NCBI GenBank assembly: GCA_963817435.1
Contig: CAWFNY010000003.1
Coordinates: 517,065 to 581,064, forward strand
Direction: 5' to 3'
Length of the DNA stretch: 64,000 nt
From: an uncultured Gemmatimonadales bacterium
Lineage (GTDB): Bacteria > Gemmatimonadota > Gemmatimonadetes > Gemmatimonadales > GWC2-71-9
Below, one piece after another: positions 56,298 to 64,000 of this stretch. Below the pieces are notes generated by a model. It was not told where the DNA came from and made no database searches. It was given only the letters and a program-made list of their open reading frames with translations. Positions within the stretch are counted from its first letter, which is position 1. Every line of letters starts with the position of its first letter. The position numbers and the translations under genes were made by a program.

Positions 56298-56408
56298 GCT
56301 TACCAGTCTCAAAAGGTATGACAATATAAACCGGTGGCTCCCTCGAAGCCCGCCCCGCGCCTCACGCGGTCGAGGACGGCGCCGGCAGTTCCATCGGCGG
56401 CGCGGCGG

Positions 56409-57068
56409 TCAGGCGGAGGGAGTGGCGGCCGTCGTCTGGATGGCGCGGCGGTAGGTGTCCACGACCTCGTCGGCGCGGTTGACATCGAAGGCGAGCGTCC
56501 GCACCAGGCCGTCCTCGAGGCTGTAGATCCAGCCGTGGACGGTGACCTCCTGTGCGCGCCGCCAGGCCTCCTGGATCACCGTGGTCTGGCAGACGTTGAG
56601 CGCCTGCTCGAGCACATTCAGTTCACAGAGCCGGTTGGCGCGATCCTGGGCGGGCATCGCGGGGGTGAACTCCCGCTCGTGGCGCGCGGCGACGTCCTGC
56701 ACGTGCCGGAGCCAGTTGTCGATGAGGCCGAGGGACTGTTGCGTGGCGGCCGCCTGGATACCGCCGCAGCCGTAGTGCCCGCACACGATGATGTCGCGGA
56801 TCCGGAGCACGTCGACGGCATACTGCAGGACGCTGAGACAGTTGAGGTCGGTATGGACGACCACGTTCGCGACGTTGCGGTGCACGAACATCTCGCCCGG
56901 CAGGAGACCCACGATCTCGTTGGCGGGCACCCGGCTGTCGGCGCAGCCGATCCACATGAACCGGGGAGCCTGGACGTCGCGGAGGCGCGAGAAGAAGCCT
57001 GGGTCGCGCCGGATCATGCCGGCGGCCCAGGCCCGATTGTTCTCGATCAGTTCGGCGAGTTGCGTCAT
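56409..57068 (-). CDS. Beta-class carbonic anhydrase
   Basis: 3' part of ORF 56409..57359. ATG at 57068. Zn ligands in CADSRV and HYGCGG. Confidence 0.92.
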   Translation of the reverse strand: MTQLAELIENNRAWAAGMIRRDPGFFSRLRDVQAPRFMWIGCADSRVPANEIVGLLPGEMFVHRNVANVVVHTDLNCLSVLQYAVDVLRIRDIIVCGHYGCGGIQAAATQQSLGLIDNWLRHVQDVAARHEREFTPAMPAQDRANRLCELNVLEQALNVCQTTVIQEAWRRAQEVTVHGWIYSLEDGLVRTLAFDVNRADEVVDTYRRAIQTTAATPSA

Positions 57069-57094
57069 GGCAGCGGAGCGGAGCGTTCGCGCAC

Positions 57095-57466
57095 TCAGAA
57101 GACCGGCGAGACCGGCGGCAGCCGGAACTCGAACTTCTCCTTGCCCACGAGATGGTTCAGCGCGCCCTGCTTGGTCAGCCGGTCCTGCGCGAAGTACAGC
57201 ACCGCCCGCACCTTGTTGCCGTGGGCGAGAATCTCCTCCTCGCTGCAGCCGGTCGCGGCGATGATCTCGTCCATGAGCTTGCGGTACCGCCGGGCATTCC
57301 GGACTGCCAGGTCGGCGCTGGTCACCATGTAGCACATCCGGTCGAACACGCTGTCCCACTGCACCGCCAGCGGTCCCGGAACCGCCGTGGATCCGGCGGC
57401 AAGGCCGCCTTCAGCCGGGAAGGAGGCCGCACGCTTCCGCTTCTCGTCCTGGGTGACGCTGGTCAT
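57095..57466 (-). CDS. Hypothetical 123-aa protein
   Basis: 3' part of ORF 57095..58624. ATG 57466 has a GGGAG Shine-Dalgarno. Coding-like composition. No family recognised. Confidence 0.5.
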   Translation of the reverse strand: MTSVTQDEKRKRAASFPAEGGLAAGSTAVPGPLAVQWDSVFDRMCYMVTSADLAVRNARRYRKLMDEIIAATGCSEEEILAHGNKVRAVLYFAQDRLTKQGALNHLVGKEKFEFRLPPVSPVF

Positions 57467-57624
57467 CTCTGCTCCCTTTGCGGTGGGCTCGCCTTGGGGG
57501 GAGGAAGCCCACGTTTGGTTATGGTCCCGCCCCGGTCGCCGGGCGGAGTACAAAGATAGCCGGTTGGACCTCGCTCCGGCGTTTGTTCGGGTGGGGAGGC
57601 GCCCGGGAGGGGTCTCCCCCCGAA

Positions 57625-58902
57625 TCACCCGATGCCGCGGCGCGCGGCGTCGAGCAGCTTTTCGGCGAACAGGTCCACCTCGGCGACCGTGGTGTAGACG
57701 TTCGGCGTGACCCGGACCCCGTCGAACTCGGGGTGCACGATCGGGGTGACGACGATGTGATGCTTCTCCATCATCCACCCCACCAGCTTTCCCGGATCCA
57801 TGCCGTCCACGTGTACCAGACCGATGCCGGCCCCGTAGGGGCTGTCCAGCGGGGTCAGGATGCGGATCCGGTCGTTCTCGCGCTGCACCCGCTTGGCCCA
57901 CCGGTCGCGGAGGTAGCGGAGCCGGGCGACCTTCCGCTCGCCGCCGATCGCGTTGTGGAATGCCAGCGCCACGCTGATGGCGTTGTGATTGGCGGCGGGA
58001 TGGGTGCCGATCTCCTCGTACTTCCGGATGTTGTCGTCCATGCTCGCGGGCGCGGCCATCAGTGGCCACAGCCGCTTCTGCCGGTTCTTGCGGACATACA
58101 GAAAGCCGGTCCCGATCGGGGCGAGCAGCCACTTGTGCAGGCTGGTGCCGTAGTAGTCGCAGTCGAGTTCGTCCCGGGTGAACGGGAAATGGGCGTAGGC
58201 ATGCGCTCCGTCGACGATGACCTCGATCCCCAGCGGCCGCGCGAAGGCCACGAGCTCCCGGACCGGCATGATCTGCCCGGTGAGGTTGGTGATGTGGGTG
58301 ACCTCGATGACCCTGGTGCGCGGGGTGACGGCGGCCTTGAACTGATCGACGAGATACTGCTGCGATGGCGGCGGGACCTTGAAGGAGATCGGCTTCACCA
58401 CGATGCCGTCGCGCCGCACCCGCTGGTCCCAGGTGGTCAGCATCCGGCCGTAGTTCTGGTTGGTGACGATGACCTCGTCGCCCGCCTTGAGGTCGAGTCC
58501 GAGGATCATCGTCTCGTTGGCCTCGGAGGCGTTGCGGACGATCGCCATCTCCTCGGGGTCGCAGCCGAAGCTCTTCGCCACGTCGCGCCGGACGCTCTCG
58601 ATGCGGGGCTCCAGCGTCTGCCACATGTTGATGACCGGGAGTTCGTTCGAGAAACGCAGGTCCCGGATCATCTGCTCGAGCACATGGGTCGGCGTCGGAC
58701 TGCAGCCACCGTTGTTCAGGTTGACCATGGACCGGTCGCAGTCAAACGCCCGCTGGATCTCGGCCCAGTAGTCCTCGTCGTCAGGGCTTCCGGCCGCCGG
58801 CCTGACACCCAGCTCGAGTGCGCGACGGATGGCATCTCCGCGCAGCATGGGCAGCCCGGCGGCGCCCGCCATCGCTGCCACGAATCCCCGGCGACTCTGC
58901 AT
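57625..58902 (-). CDS. Class V aminotransferase (isopenicillin-N epimerase / cysteine desulfurase-like) with a Tat signal
   Basis: 3' part of ORF 57625..59742. ATG at 58902 (MQSRRGFVAAMAGAAGL). PLP lysine context GTSLHKWL. Confidence 0.88.
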   Translation of the reverse strand: MQSRRGFVAAMAGAAGLPMLRGDAIRRALELGVRPAAGSPDDEDYWAEIQRAFDCDRSMVNLNNGGCSPTPTHVLEQMIRDLRFSNELPVINMWQTLEPRIESVRRDVAKSFGCDPEEMAIVRNASEANETMILGLDLKAGDEVIVTNQNYGRMLTTWDQRVRRDGIVVKPISFKVPPPSQQYLVDQFKAAVTPRTRVIEVTHITNLTGQIMPVRELVAFARPLGIEVIVDGAHAYAHFPFTRDELDCDYYGTSLHKWLLAPIGTGFLYVRKNRQKRLWPLMAAPASMDDNIRKYEEIGTHPAANHNAISVALAFHNAIGGERKVARLRYLRDRWAKRVQRENDRIRILTPLDSPYGAGIGLVHVDGMDPGKLVGWMMEKHHIVVTPIVHPEFDGVRVTPNVYTTVAEVDLFAEKLLDAARRGIG

Positions 58903-59103
58903 CGCTAAACCCCGAAGTTGGAATGAGTTTCCCAATGTACCGGTCCGGCCCCCTACCGCCAGCCCAGCCCTTCCTTTACCTTGTGCGCCGGCAACTCCGG
59001 GTGACCAGGGAACAGGGGACGGGGAACGGGATGACCCGGCAGCGGGCACCCGGCCTGTACTCTGTTCCCTCTCTGTTCTTTTCTTTCTAGCGGGTCCAGG
59101 ATC

Positions 59104-59667
59104 ATGAACATCATCGCCAGCGAAATGCGGAAGGGCATGTGCCTCCTCTATGAGGGCGAGCCGTGCCGGGTTCTCGATTTCCATCACCACACTCCGGGCA
59201 ACCTCCGCGCGATGGTGCAGGCCAAGCTCCGGAAGCTCCGGACCGGGACCCAGTTCGAGCACCGCTTCCGCTCCACCGACACTGTGGAAGTCGCCGACCT
59301 CGAGACCCACACGCTCGAGTTTCTGTACGCCGGTGGCGGCAGCTACCACTTTATGAACGTCGAGAATTTCGATCAGCTGGAGATGAGCGAGGAGGATCTC
59401 GGCGACTCGGCCCAGTGGGTCGCGCCCGGGATGAAGATCATCGCCGAGTTCTTCGGCGGCCGCCCGATCGGGATCCAGCTCCCCAATGCGATGGTCTTCG
59501 AGGTGGTGGAGACCAACCCGGTGATGAAGACGGCGACCAAGTCGGCCTCGTTCAAGCCGGCCAAGCTCGACAACGGCGCGATGGTGAACGTGCCCGAGTT
59601 CATCCAGACAGGCGAGAAGGTCCGGGTGAACCCGACCACCGGCGAGTATATCGACCGCGCGAAGTGA
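59104..59667 (+). CDS. efp: Elongation factor P (atypical loop: PGNLRA)
   Basis: 187 aa. Full-length EF-P pattern (KGMCLLYEGEPCRVLDFHH..., VETNPVMKTAT, VPEFIQTGEKVRV). Confidence 0.93.
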   Translation: MNIIASEMRKGMCLLYEGEPCRVLDFHHHTPGNLRAMVQAKLRKLRTGTQFEHRFRSTDTVEVADLETHTLEFLYAGGGSYHFMNVENFDQLEMSEEDLGDSAQWVAPGMKIIAEFFGGRPIGIQLPNAMVFEVVETNPVMKTATKSASFKPAKLDNGAMVNVPEFIQTGEKVRVNPTTGEYIDRAK

Positions 59668-59686
59668 CCGCAGCGCGGCTGCGGTC
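59666..59686 (+). terminator. Hairpin at the efp stop
   Basis: GACCGCAG-cgcgg-CTGCGGTC, a perfect 8-bp stem overlapping the TGA. Confidence 0.45.
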
Positions 59687-59833
59687 ATCCCGAGCGTAGC
59701 GAGGGATCGCCAGCTGGACCAGGCGAGGGGCCGCTCCGTCACCGGGCGGTCCCTCGGTCGTTCCCGGTCTTCCGCCTCTTCCGGCCCTCCCGAACCCGTC
59801 TTACCTTAGAACGACCTTCCCCCTCCGAGCCGA

Positions 59834-61894
59834 GTGGCCGACACTTCGACCGTCCCCGCCGAACAGGAACGTGCGGCTCTGCCGCGCGATGTGGCGGTGT
59901 TCCTGCCCCTGCTCGGCATCGCCCTGCACAAGTGCACGACCTACCCACCGGGCCATCCGCTCCTCGGGTCGGCCATCGATGCGGTCGCGGGGCATCTCCG
60001 GGTCGTGCTGGTCAACCGGCCCTTCCTGCTGCTCGGTGTCGCCCGGAACCAGTTGCTGGTCGAGGGGCTCGCCACCGATCCCGACAACCCGGTGCTCCGG
60101 GAACTCGCCGCGAAGCTCCACCGTCACCAGATCGGCGCCATCAAGTTCACGCCCGGGGTTGCTCGCGACGAGCTGATGGAGATGCTGAACGCGCTCAGCA
60201 CGGATGCGCGGACCAAGCCGGTCGGGGCGGACCTCGCCCAGTTCGACGAGCGCTGGGAGAACATCCGCCTCTTCCCGCCGGCGTATGATCGGCTGGAACT
60301 CTCCGATGAACAGCGGCTGGGTGAGCAGGCCCGCGCCGAGGGCGCCGCCAGCCGCCTCTGGATCGGTCTTGCGGCCGTGGCGGTCGCCAAGGAAGGCGCG
60401 CCGGAACTCCACAGCGATCCCCGCGCCATCGCCCGCGCGCTCAACGAGCGGCTGCGCGATCCCGATGAAGCCAAGAAGATCATCAACTATCTGCTCGGGC
60501 TCTCCCGCGAACTTCGCCTCTCCGCGGGTAATCAGGCGGATGCGCTCAAGGAAAAGCTTGCCTCCCTCCTGAATCACATCACGCCGGAAACGCTCCGCGA
60601 ACTGGCGGCGGTCGGGGCCGACCTGGCCCAGCGCCGCCGCCTCGTTGTGGACGCGGCGATGGTCCTTCCCGCGGGCGCCACCCTGACGCTGCTGCATGCC
60701 GTCTCCGACGCCAGCAACAAGGTCCTGCCGCAGGCGATGCTGCGACTGCTCACCAAGCTGGCCTTCCAGGCGGAGAAGGGCAGCCTGTCGGTGCGCGAAG
60801 AGGCGGACCTGGCGCTCCGTGAGGCGGTGCGCCAGCTGGTCGACAAGTGGTCGCTCGACGACCCGAATCCGCTGCCCTATTCCCGGGTGCTGGAGCGGCT
60901 CTCGCGCCACCCGACCCACGGGAACCAGCCCCAGGCCGAACAGAAGCTGGAGGCGATCCGCCTGGTGCAGATGTCCCTCGAGACCGACACCGTGGGGGAG
61001 ACCGTCTGGGCGGCTCTCGAGGAAGTGGTCCGCGAGGGCCAGGCCGGCGCGGTGGTACGCATGGTCGAAGATCCCAACGTGGCGGAGGACATCCAGGAGC
61101 TGTTCTGGGCCCGCCTGGCGACGCCGGCCAACATGCGGGTGCTGCTCAACAACGAACCGCGCGACACCGACGTGGTGGAGCTGCTGCTCGCCCGGATGGG
61201 GATGTCCGCGGCCGAGCCGATGCTCGAGACGCTCGAAGTGGCCGACAGCCGCACCATGCGCCGCCGGCTGCTGACCCGGCTCGGCCAGCTCGGCCCGTTG
61301 ATCGGTCCGATGCTGGTGGAGCGGCTGCCGACCTCGCCGTGGTTCGTCCAGCGCAACCTGCTGGCGCTGCTCGGGACGCTGCCGGAGATCCCCGCCGACT
61401 TCGATGCCTCACCCTATGTCGACGCCGATGACGCGCGGGTCCGCCGCGAGGCGCTGAAGCTGATGCTCCGGATTCCGGGCCAGCGCTCGGACGCGATCCT
61501 TGCCTCACTCGGCGACAGCGACGACGTCAACGTCCGCATGGGGCTCAGCGCAGCGCTCGACGGCTGTCCGACCGCCGCGGTTCCGCGCCTCATGGTGCTG
61601 GTCAACGACCGCCGCAACTCGCCCGAGATCCGGGCCATGGCGATCCGGGTGCTCGGCACGATCCGGACCCCCGCGACCCGGGACTGGCTGGTCGATCATG
61701 CCCTGACGAAGCAGGGGTGGTTCCGCCGGCGCCGGCTGCAGCCGCGCACCCCGGAGCTGCTCGCCGTCCTGAGCTCGCTCGCCCGCGGCTTCCGTCAGGA
61801 CCCGAGCGCGCAACTCGTGCTCCGCCTCGCGACGGACAGCAACGACCCGGAGATCCGCCGCGCCGGGAGCGGCGCGGCGGTCGAGGAGACATGA
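59834..61894 (+). CDS. Large hypothetical protein with an N-terminal Y..GHP domain shared with the downstream HD-GYP protein, plus C-terminal HEAT-like repeats
   Basis: 686 aa (GTG start, uncertain). The stop overlaps the next gene's start (ATGA). C-terminal repeats DDARVRREALKLM / DDVNVRMGLSAAL / SPEIRAMAIRVLG / DPEIRRAG. Confidence 0.7.
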   Translation: MADTSTVPAEQERAALPRDVAVFLPLLGIALHKCTTYPPGHPLLGSAIDAVAGHLRVVLVNRPFLLLGVARNQLLVEGLATDPDNPVLRELAAKLHRHQIGAIKFTPGVARDELMEMLNALSTDARTKPVGADLAQFDERWENIRLFPPAYDRLELSDEQRLGEQARAEGAASRLWIGLAAVAVAKEGAPELHSDPRAIARALNERLRDPDEAKKIINYLLGLSRELRLSAGNQADALKEKLASLLNHITPETLRELAAVGADLAQRRRLVVDAAMVLPAGATLTLLHAVSDASNKVLPQAMLRLLTKLAFQAEKGSLSVREEADLALREAVRQLVDKWSLDDPNPLPYSRVLERLSRHPTHGNQPQAEQKLEAIRLVQMSLETDTVGETVWAALEEVVREGQAGAVVRMVEDPNVAEDIQELFWARLATPANMRVLLNNEPRDTDVVELLLARMGMSAAEPMLETLEVADSRTMRRRLLTRLGQLGPLIGPMLVERLPTSPWFVQRNLLALLGTLPEIPADFDASPYVDADDARVRREALKLMLRIPGQRSDAILASLGDSDDVNVRMGLSAALDGCPTAAVPRLMVLVNDRRNSPEIRAMAIRVLGTIRTPATRDWLVDHALTKQGWFRRRRLQPRTPELLAVLSSLARGFRQDPSAQLVLRLATDSNDPEIRRAGSGAAVEET

Positions 61895-63144
61895 GCGATC
61901 CCATCCGCTTCCTCACCGCCATGGGACAGGCGCTCTCCGCGACCGGTCTCTACCGCGCCGGCCATCCCGCGCGGGAACGGGCGGTGGACCAGGCGTGGGA
62001 GCACCTGGATGCGCTGCAGCGGCTGGATCCCGCGCCGAGTTTCTCCTTCCTCGGAGACGAGGTGCTGTATCGCCAGCAGGCGCTCCGGGATTTCAAGGCG
62101 TGGGACTGGGCCCGCCGGCTGGCCAAGGCGGGGGTGCAGCGGGTGGAATTCGAGCGGGAGGTCTCGCGCGACGAGCTCGCCGACTTCCTCAACGAGGTCC
62201 ACAAGAAGGTCACCACCGGGGAAGAGGACACGAGCGAGGCGCGCCAGCTCCGCCGCCCGTCGATCCGCTTCGGGGCGGTCAGCCTGCGGGGCGCCAGCGC
62301 CGACGTGGTCGTGGAAACGGCCGAGAGCACCACCGTGCCGTACACGCTGGACGACGAGATCGAGACCGTCGGCTGGATCCACGCGGAAGTGCAGGAGACG
62401 GAGACGCTGCCGCTCGCCGAGGCCAACGCGGTGGTGCGGTCGCTCTCCCTCGCCATGCATGGCCAGAGCCGCATGCTCATGCCGCTGCTCAGCCTCAAGA
62501 ACTACGACCAGTACACCACCACCCACGCGACCAACGTGTCGGTGCTGGCGATGGCGCTTGCCGAGTACATCGGTCTCGCCGCCAGGGACATCCGCGAATT
62601 CGGCGTCGCCGGACTCCTGCACGACCTGGGCAAGGTCCGGGTGCCGAAGGACATCCTGGTGAAGAAGGGTGCGCTGACCGAACACGAGCTCGCCGTGCTG
62701 CGCAAGCACCCGGTGGATGGTGCCCGGCTCATCATGGCCCGCGAGCAGAAGCTGGATCTCGCCGCCACGGTCGCCTACGAGCACCACATCCTGATCAACG
62801 GGCACGGCTACCCGCGGATGCGCTACGCGCGGGACACCCACTTCGCCAGCAAGCTGGTGCACGTCTGCGACGTCTTCGACGCCCTGTGCACGGCGCGTCC
62901 CTATCGCGAACCCTGGCAGACCGAAGTGGCGCTCGCCTATGTCGAGGAGCGGGCCGGCGTGGACTTCGATCCCCAACTGGCCGAAGCCTTTGCCGGGATG
63001 ATGCGCCTGTGGACCTACCAGCGGGTGACGATGCCGGGCGTGCCCCAGGGCGGGGCGGCCTCGCCCCTGCCGCCGGCAGCCGCGGCTCCCGCCACGGCTC
63101 CGCCGGTCCCGCCACCGGCGCCGCCTCCCGCGTCGTCCGCCTAG
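61891..63144 (+). CDS. HD-GYP domain protein (c-di-GMP phosphodiesterase class)
   Basis: 3' part of ORF 61717..63144. ATG at 61891 (MSDPIRFLTAMG...). HDLGK, HHILINGHGYP. Pro/Ala-rich tail. Confidence 0.9.
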   Translation: MSDPIRFLTAMGQALSATGLYRAGHPARERAVDQAWEHLDALQRLDPAPSFSFLGDEVLYRQQALRDFKAWDWARRLAKAGVQRVEFEREVSRDELADFLNEVHKKVTTGEEDTSEARQLRRPSIRFGAVSLRGASADVVVETAESTTVPYTLDDEIETVGWIHAEVQETETLPLAEANAVVRSLSLAMHGQSRMLMPLLSLKNYDQYTTTHATNVSVLAMALAEYIGLAARDIREFGVAGLLHDLGKVRVPKDILVKKGALTEHELAVLRKHPVDGARLIMAREQKLDLAATVAYEHHILINGHGYPRMRYARDTHFASKLVHVCDVFDALCTARPYREPWQTEVALAYVEERAGVDFDPQLAEAFAGMMRLWTYQRVTMPGVPQGGAASPLPPAAAAPATAPPVPPPAPPPASSA

Positions 63145-63154
63145 CACACGTCCG

Positions 63155-64000
63155 GTGAGATCTCCTGTTCCGCTGGTCGCCCCCGCCCGCACGCGCCTCG
63201 GGTTCGCGCTGCAGAACGCCGCACTCGCGGCGCTGCTGTTCGGTGCGGCGATGCTGGCGACCAGACTCGCCGCGCTGGACGGTGCCAACCCGCCGCTCTG
63301 GCCACCCACCGGCCTCGCGCTGGCGGGACTCCTCCTCCTCACCCCACGCGCCTGGCCCGCGATCCTGATCGCCAGCCTCGCCTTCAACGCGACGGAAGGA
63401 AGCTCCGCCGTCATCGCGGTGGGCATCACGGTGGCCAATCTCGTCGCCGCGCTCGTGCCGGCGGTGCTCCTCCGGCGCTTCGGGATGCGCACGCCGCTCG
63501 ACCGTCTCGCCGACGTGCTGCTGCTCTTCGGCGGGATGCTGCTCAGCGCGCTGCTCAATGCCACGCTCGGCCTGGTGGCCGTGTGGCTCGGCGATAGCCA
63601 GGCGCAGATCGTCAACCCGGTCCTCTTCGCCTCATGCTTCCTCGGCGGCCTGAGCGGCCTGGCGCTGCTGACGCCGTTCCTCCTGGTCTGGCTGGGGCCG
63701 CCGCCCGAGATCGCCCCGAGCGGACGTGGCCTCGAAATCTTCGGGCTCCTGGCGGGGCTGGGGGTCGCGGCGCTCGCGGTCCGCGCGGCGGTGCCCGCCT
63801 ACGCGCTGATGACCTTTCCGCTGATCGCCTGGGCGGCGCTCCGCTTCGGTCCGCGCGGGGGCGCGACGCTGTCGCTCGGCATCTTCGGTCTGAGTGTGCT
63901 CGCGAGCCTGAGCGGGCAGAGCCCGCTTCCCAGCAGCGGCGTGCTCGCGCTCGCCCTCTTCTACACGGCCTTCCACCTCTCGACGTCGGCCACCGCGCTG
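63155..64000 (+). CDS. MASE1-domain membrane sensor, 5' partial (runs off the window)
   Basis: Own translation from GTG 63155, with no stop to the window end: PPLWPPTGLALAGLLLLTPRAWPAILIASLAFNA ... FPLIAWAALRFGPRGG. This matches MASE1 hallmark blocks and is multi-TM. Confidence 0.7.
   Translation, partial: MRSPVPLVAPARTRLGFALQNAALAALLFGAAMLATRLAALDGANPPLWPPTGLALAGLLLLTPRAWPAILIASLAFNATEGSSAVIAVGITVANLVAALVPAVLLRRFGMRTPLDRLADVLLLFGGMLLSALLNATLGLVAVWLGDSQAQIVNPVLFASCFLGGLSGLALLTPFLLVWLGPPPEIAPSGRGLEIFGLLAGLGVAALAVRAAVPAYALMTFPLIAWAALRFGPRGGATLSLGIFGLSVLASLSGQSPLPSSGVLALALFYTAFHLSTSATAL

Noticed and set aside
57095-57466. Cyanase (cynS) next to the carbonic anhydrase, by analogy with cynTS.
   Set aside because: The 123-aa sequence does not align with my recollection of CynS beyond a vaguely similar C-terminal …P..F. 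It is left as hypothetical.

Overview
GC-rich bacterial chromosomal segment. Gene content suggests Gemmatimonadota or Acidobacteriota (inference): DRLKAALADRY-type Ser/Thr kinases, PadR plus ADOP duplicated permease, many ECF sigma factors. I support about 60 protein-coding genes and found no rRNA, tRNA or CRISPR array. All family calls rest on motifs read from the translations, because no database search was possible.

Main content, left to right:
- an HsdR C-terminal remnant
- an ECF sigma plus Ser/Thr kinase-TPR pair
- di-haem cytochrome c peroxidase
- a YCII-YCII-COG4941 sigma cassette
- a persulfide dioxygenase-rhodanese fusion
- an AsnB homologue whose N-terminal Cys is Ser
- a membrane sulfatase-fold protein and a ParB/Srx-like protein
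- two paralogous kinase-TPR genes flanking PadR plus ADOP permease
- galE
- a cupredoxin/beta-helix lipoprotein plus a NirK/2dMCO-like copper protein
- a PF10136-like membrane protein and DPP-IV
- a SahR-like regulator-cupin-ahcY operon
- a TetR-HlyD-ABC efflux operon
- a RAYT transposase with GTAG-type REP palindromes, which also occur at three dispersed sites
- an OM barrel-DUF4105-CDP-alcohol transferase-CdsA-PlsC lipid locus
- beta-carbonic anhydrase and a Tat-signal class V aminotransferase
- an atypical EF-P
- an HD-GYP / MASE1 signalling cluster

Three otherwise intact genes (the NirK-like gene, DPP-IV and the OM barrel) each carry an apparent single-nucleotide frameshift.

The most interesting candidates for undescribed biology are:
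- the lipid/envelope locus at 51.5-55.7 kb
- the copper module at 28.4-31.2 kb
- the SahR-like operon with its palindrome and twin interchangeable hairpins
- the conserved non-canonical (CTG) start of the kinase paralogues
- the RAYT/REP system
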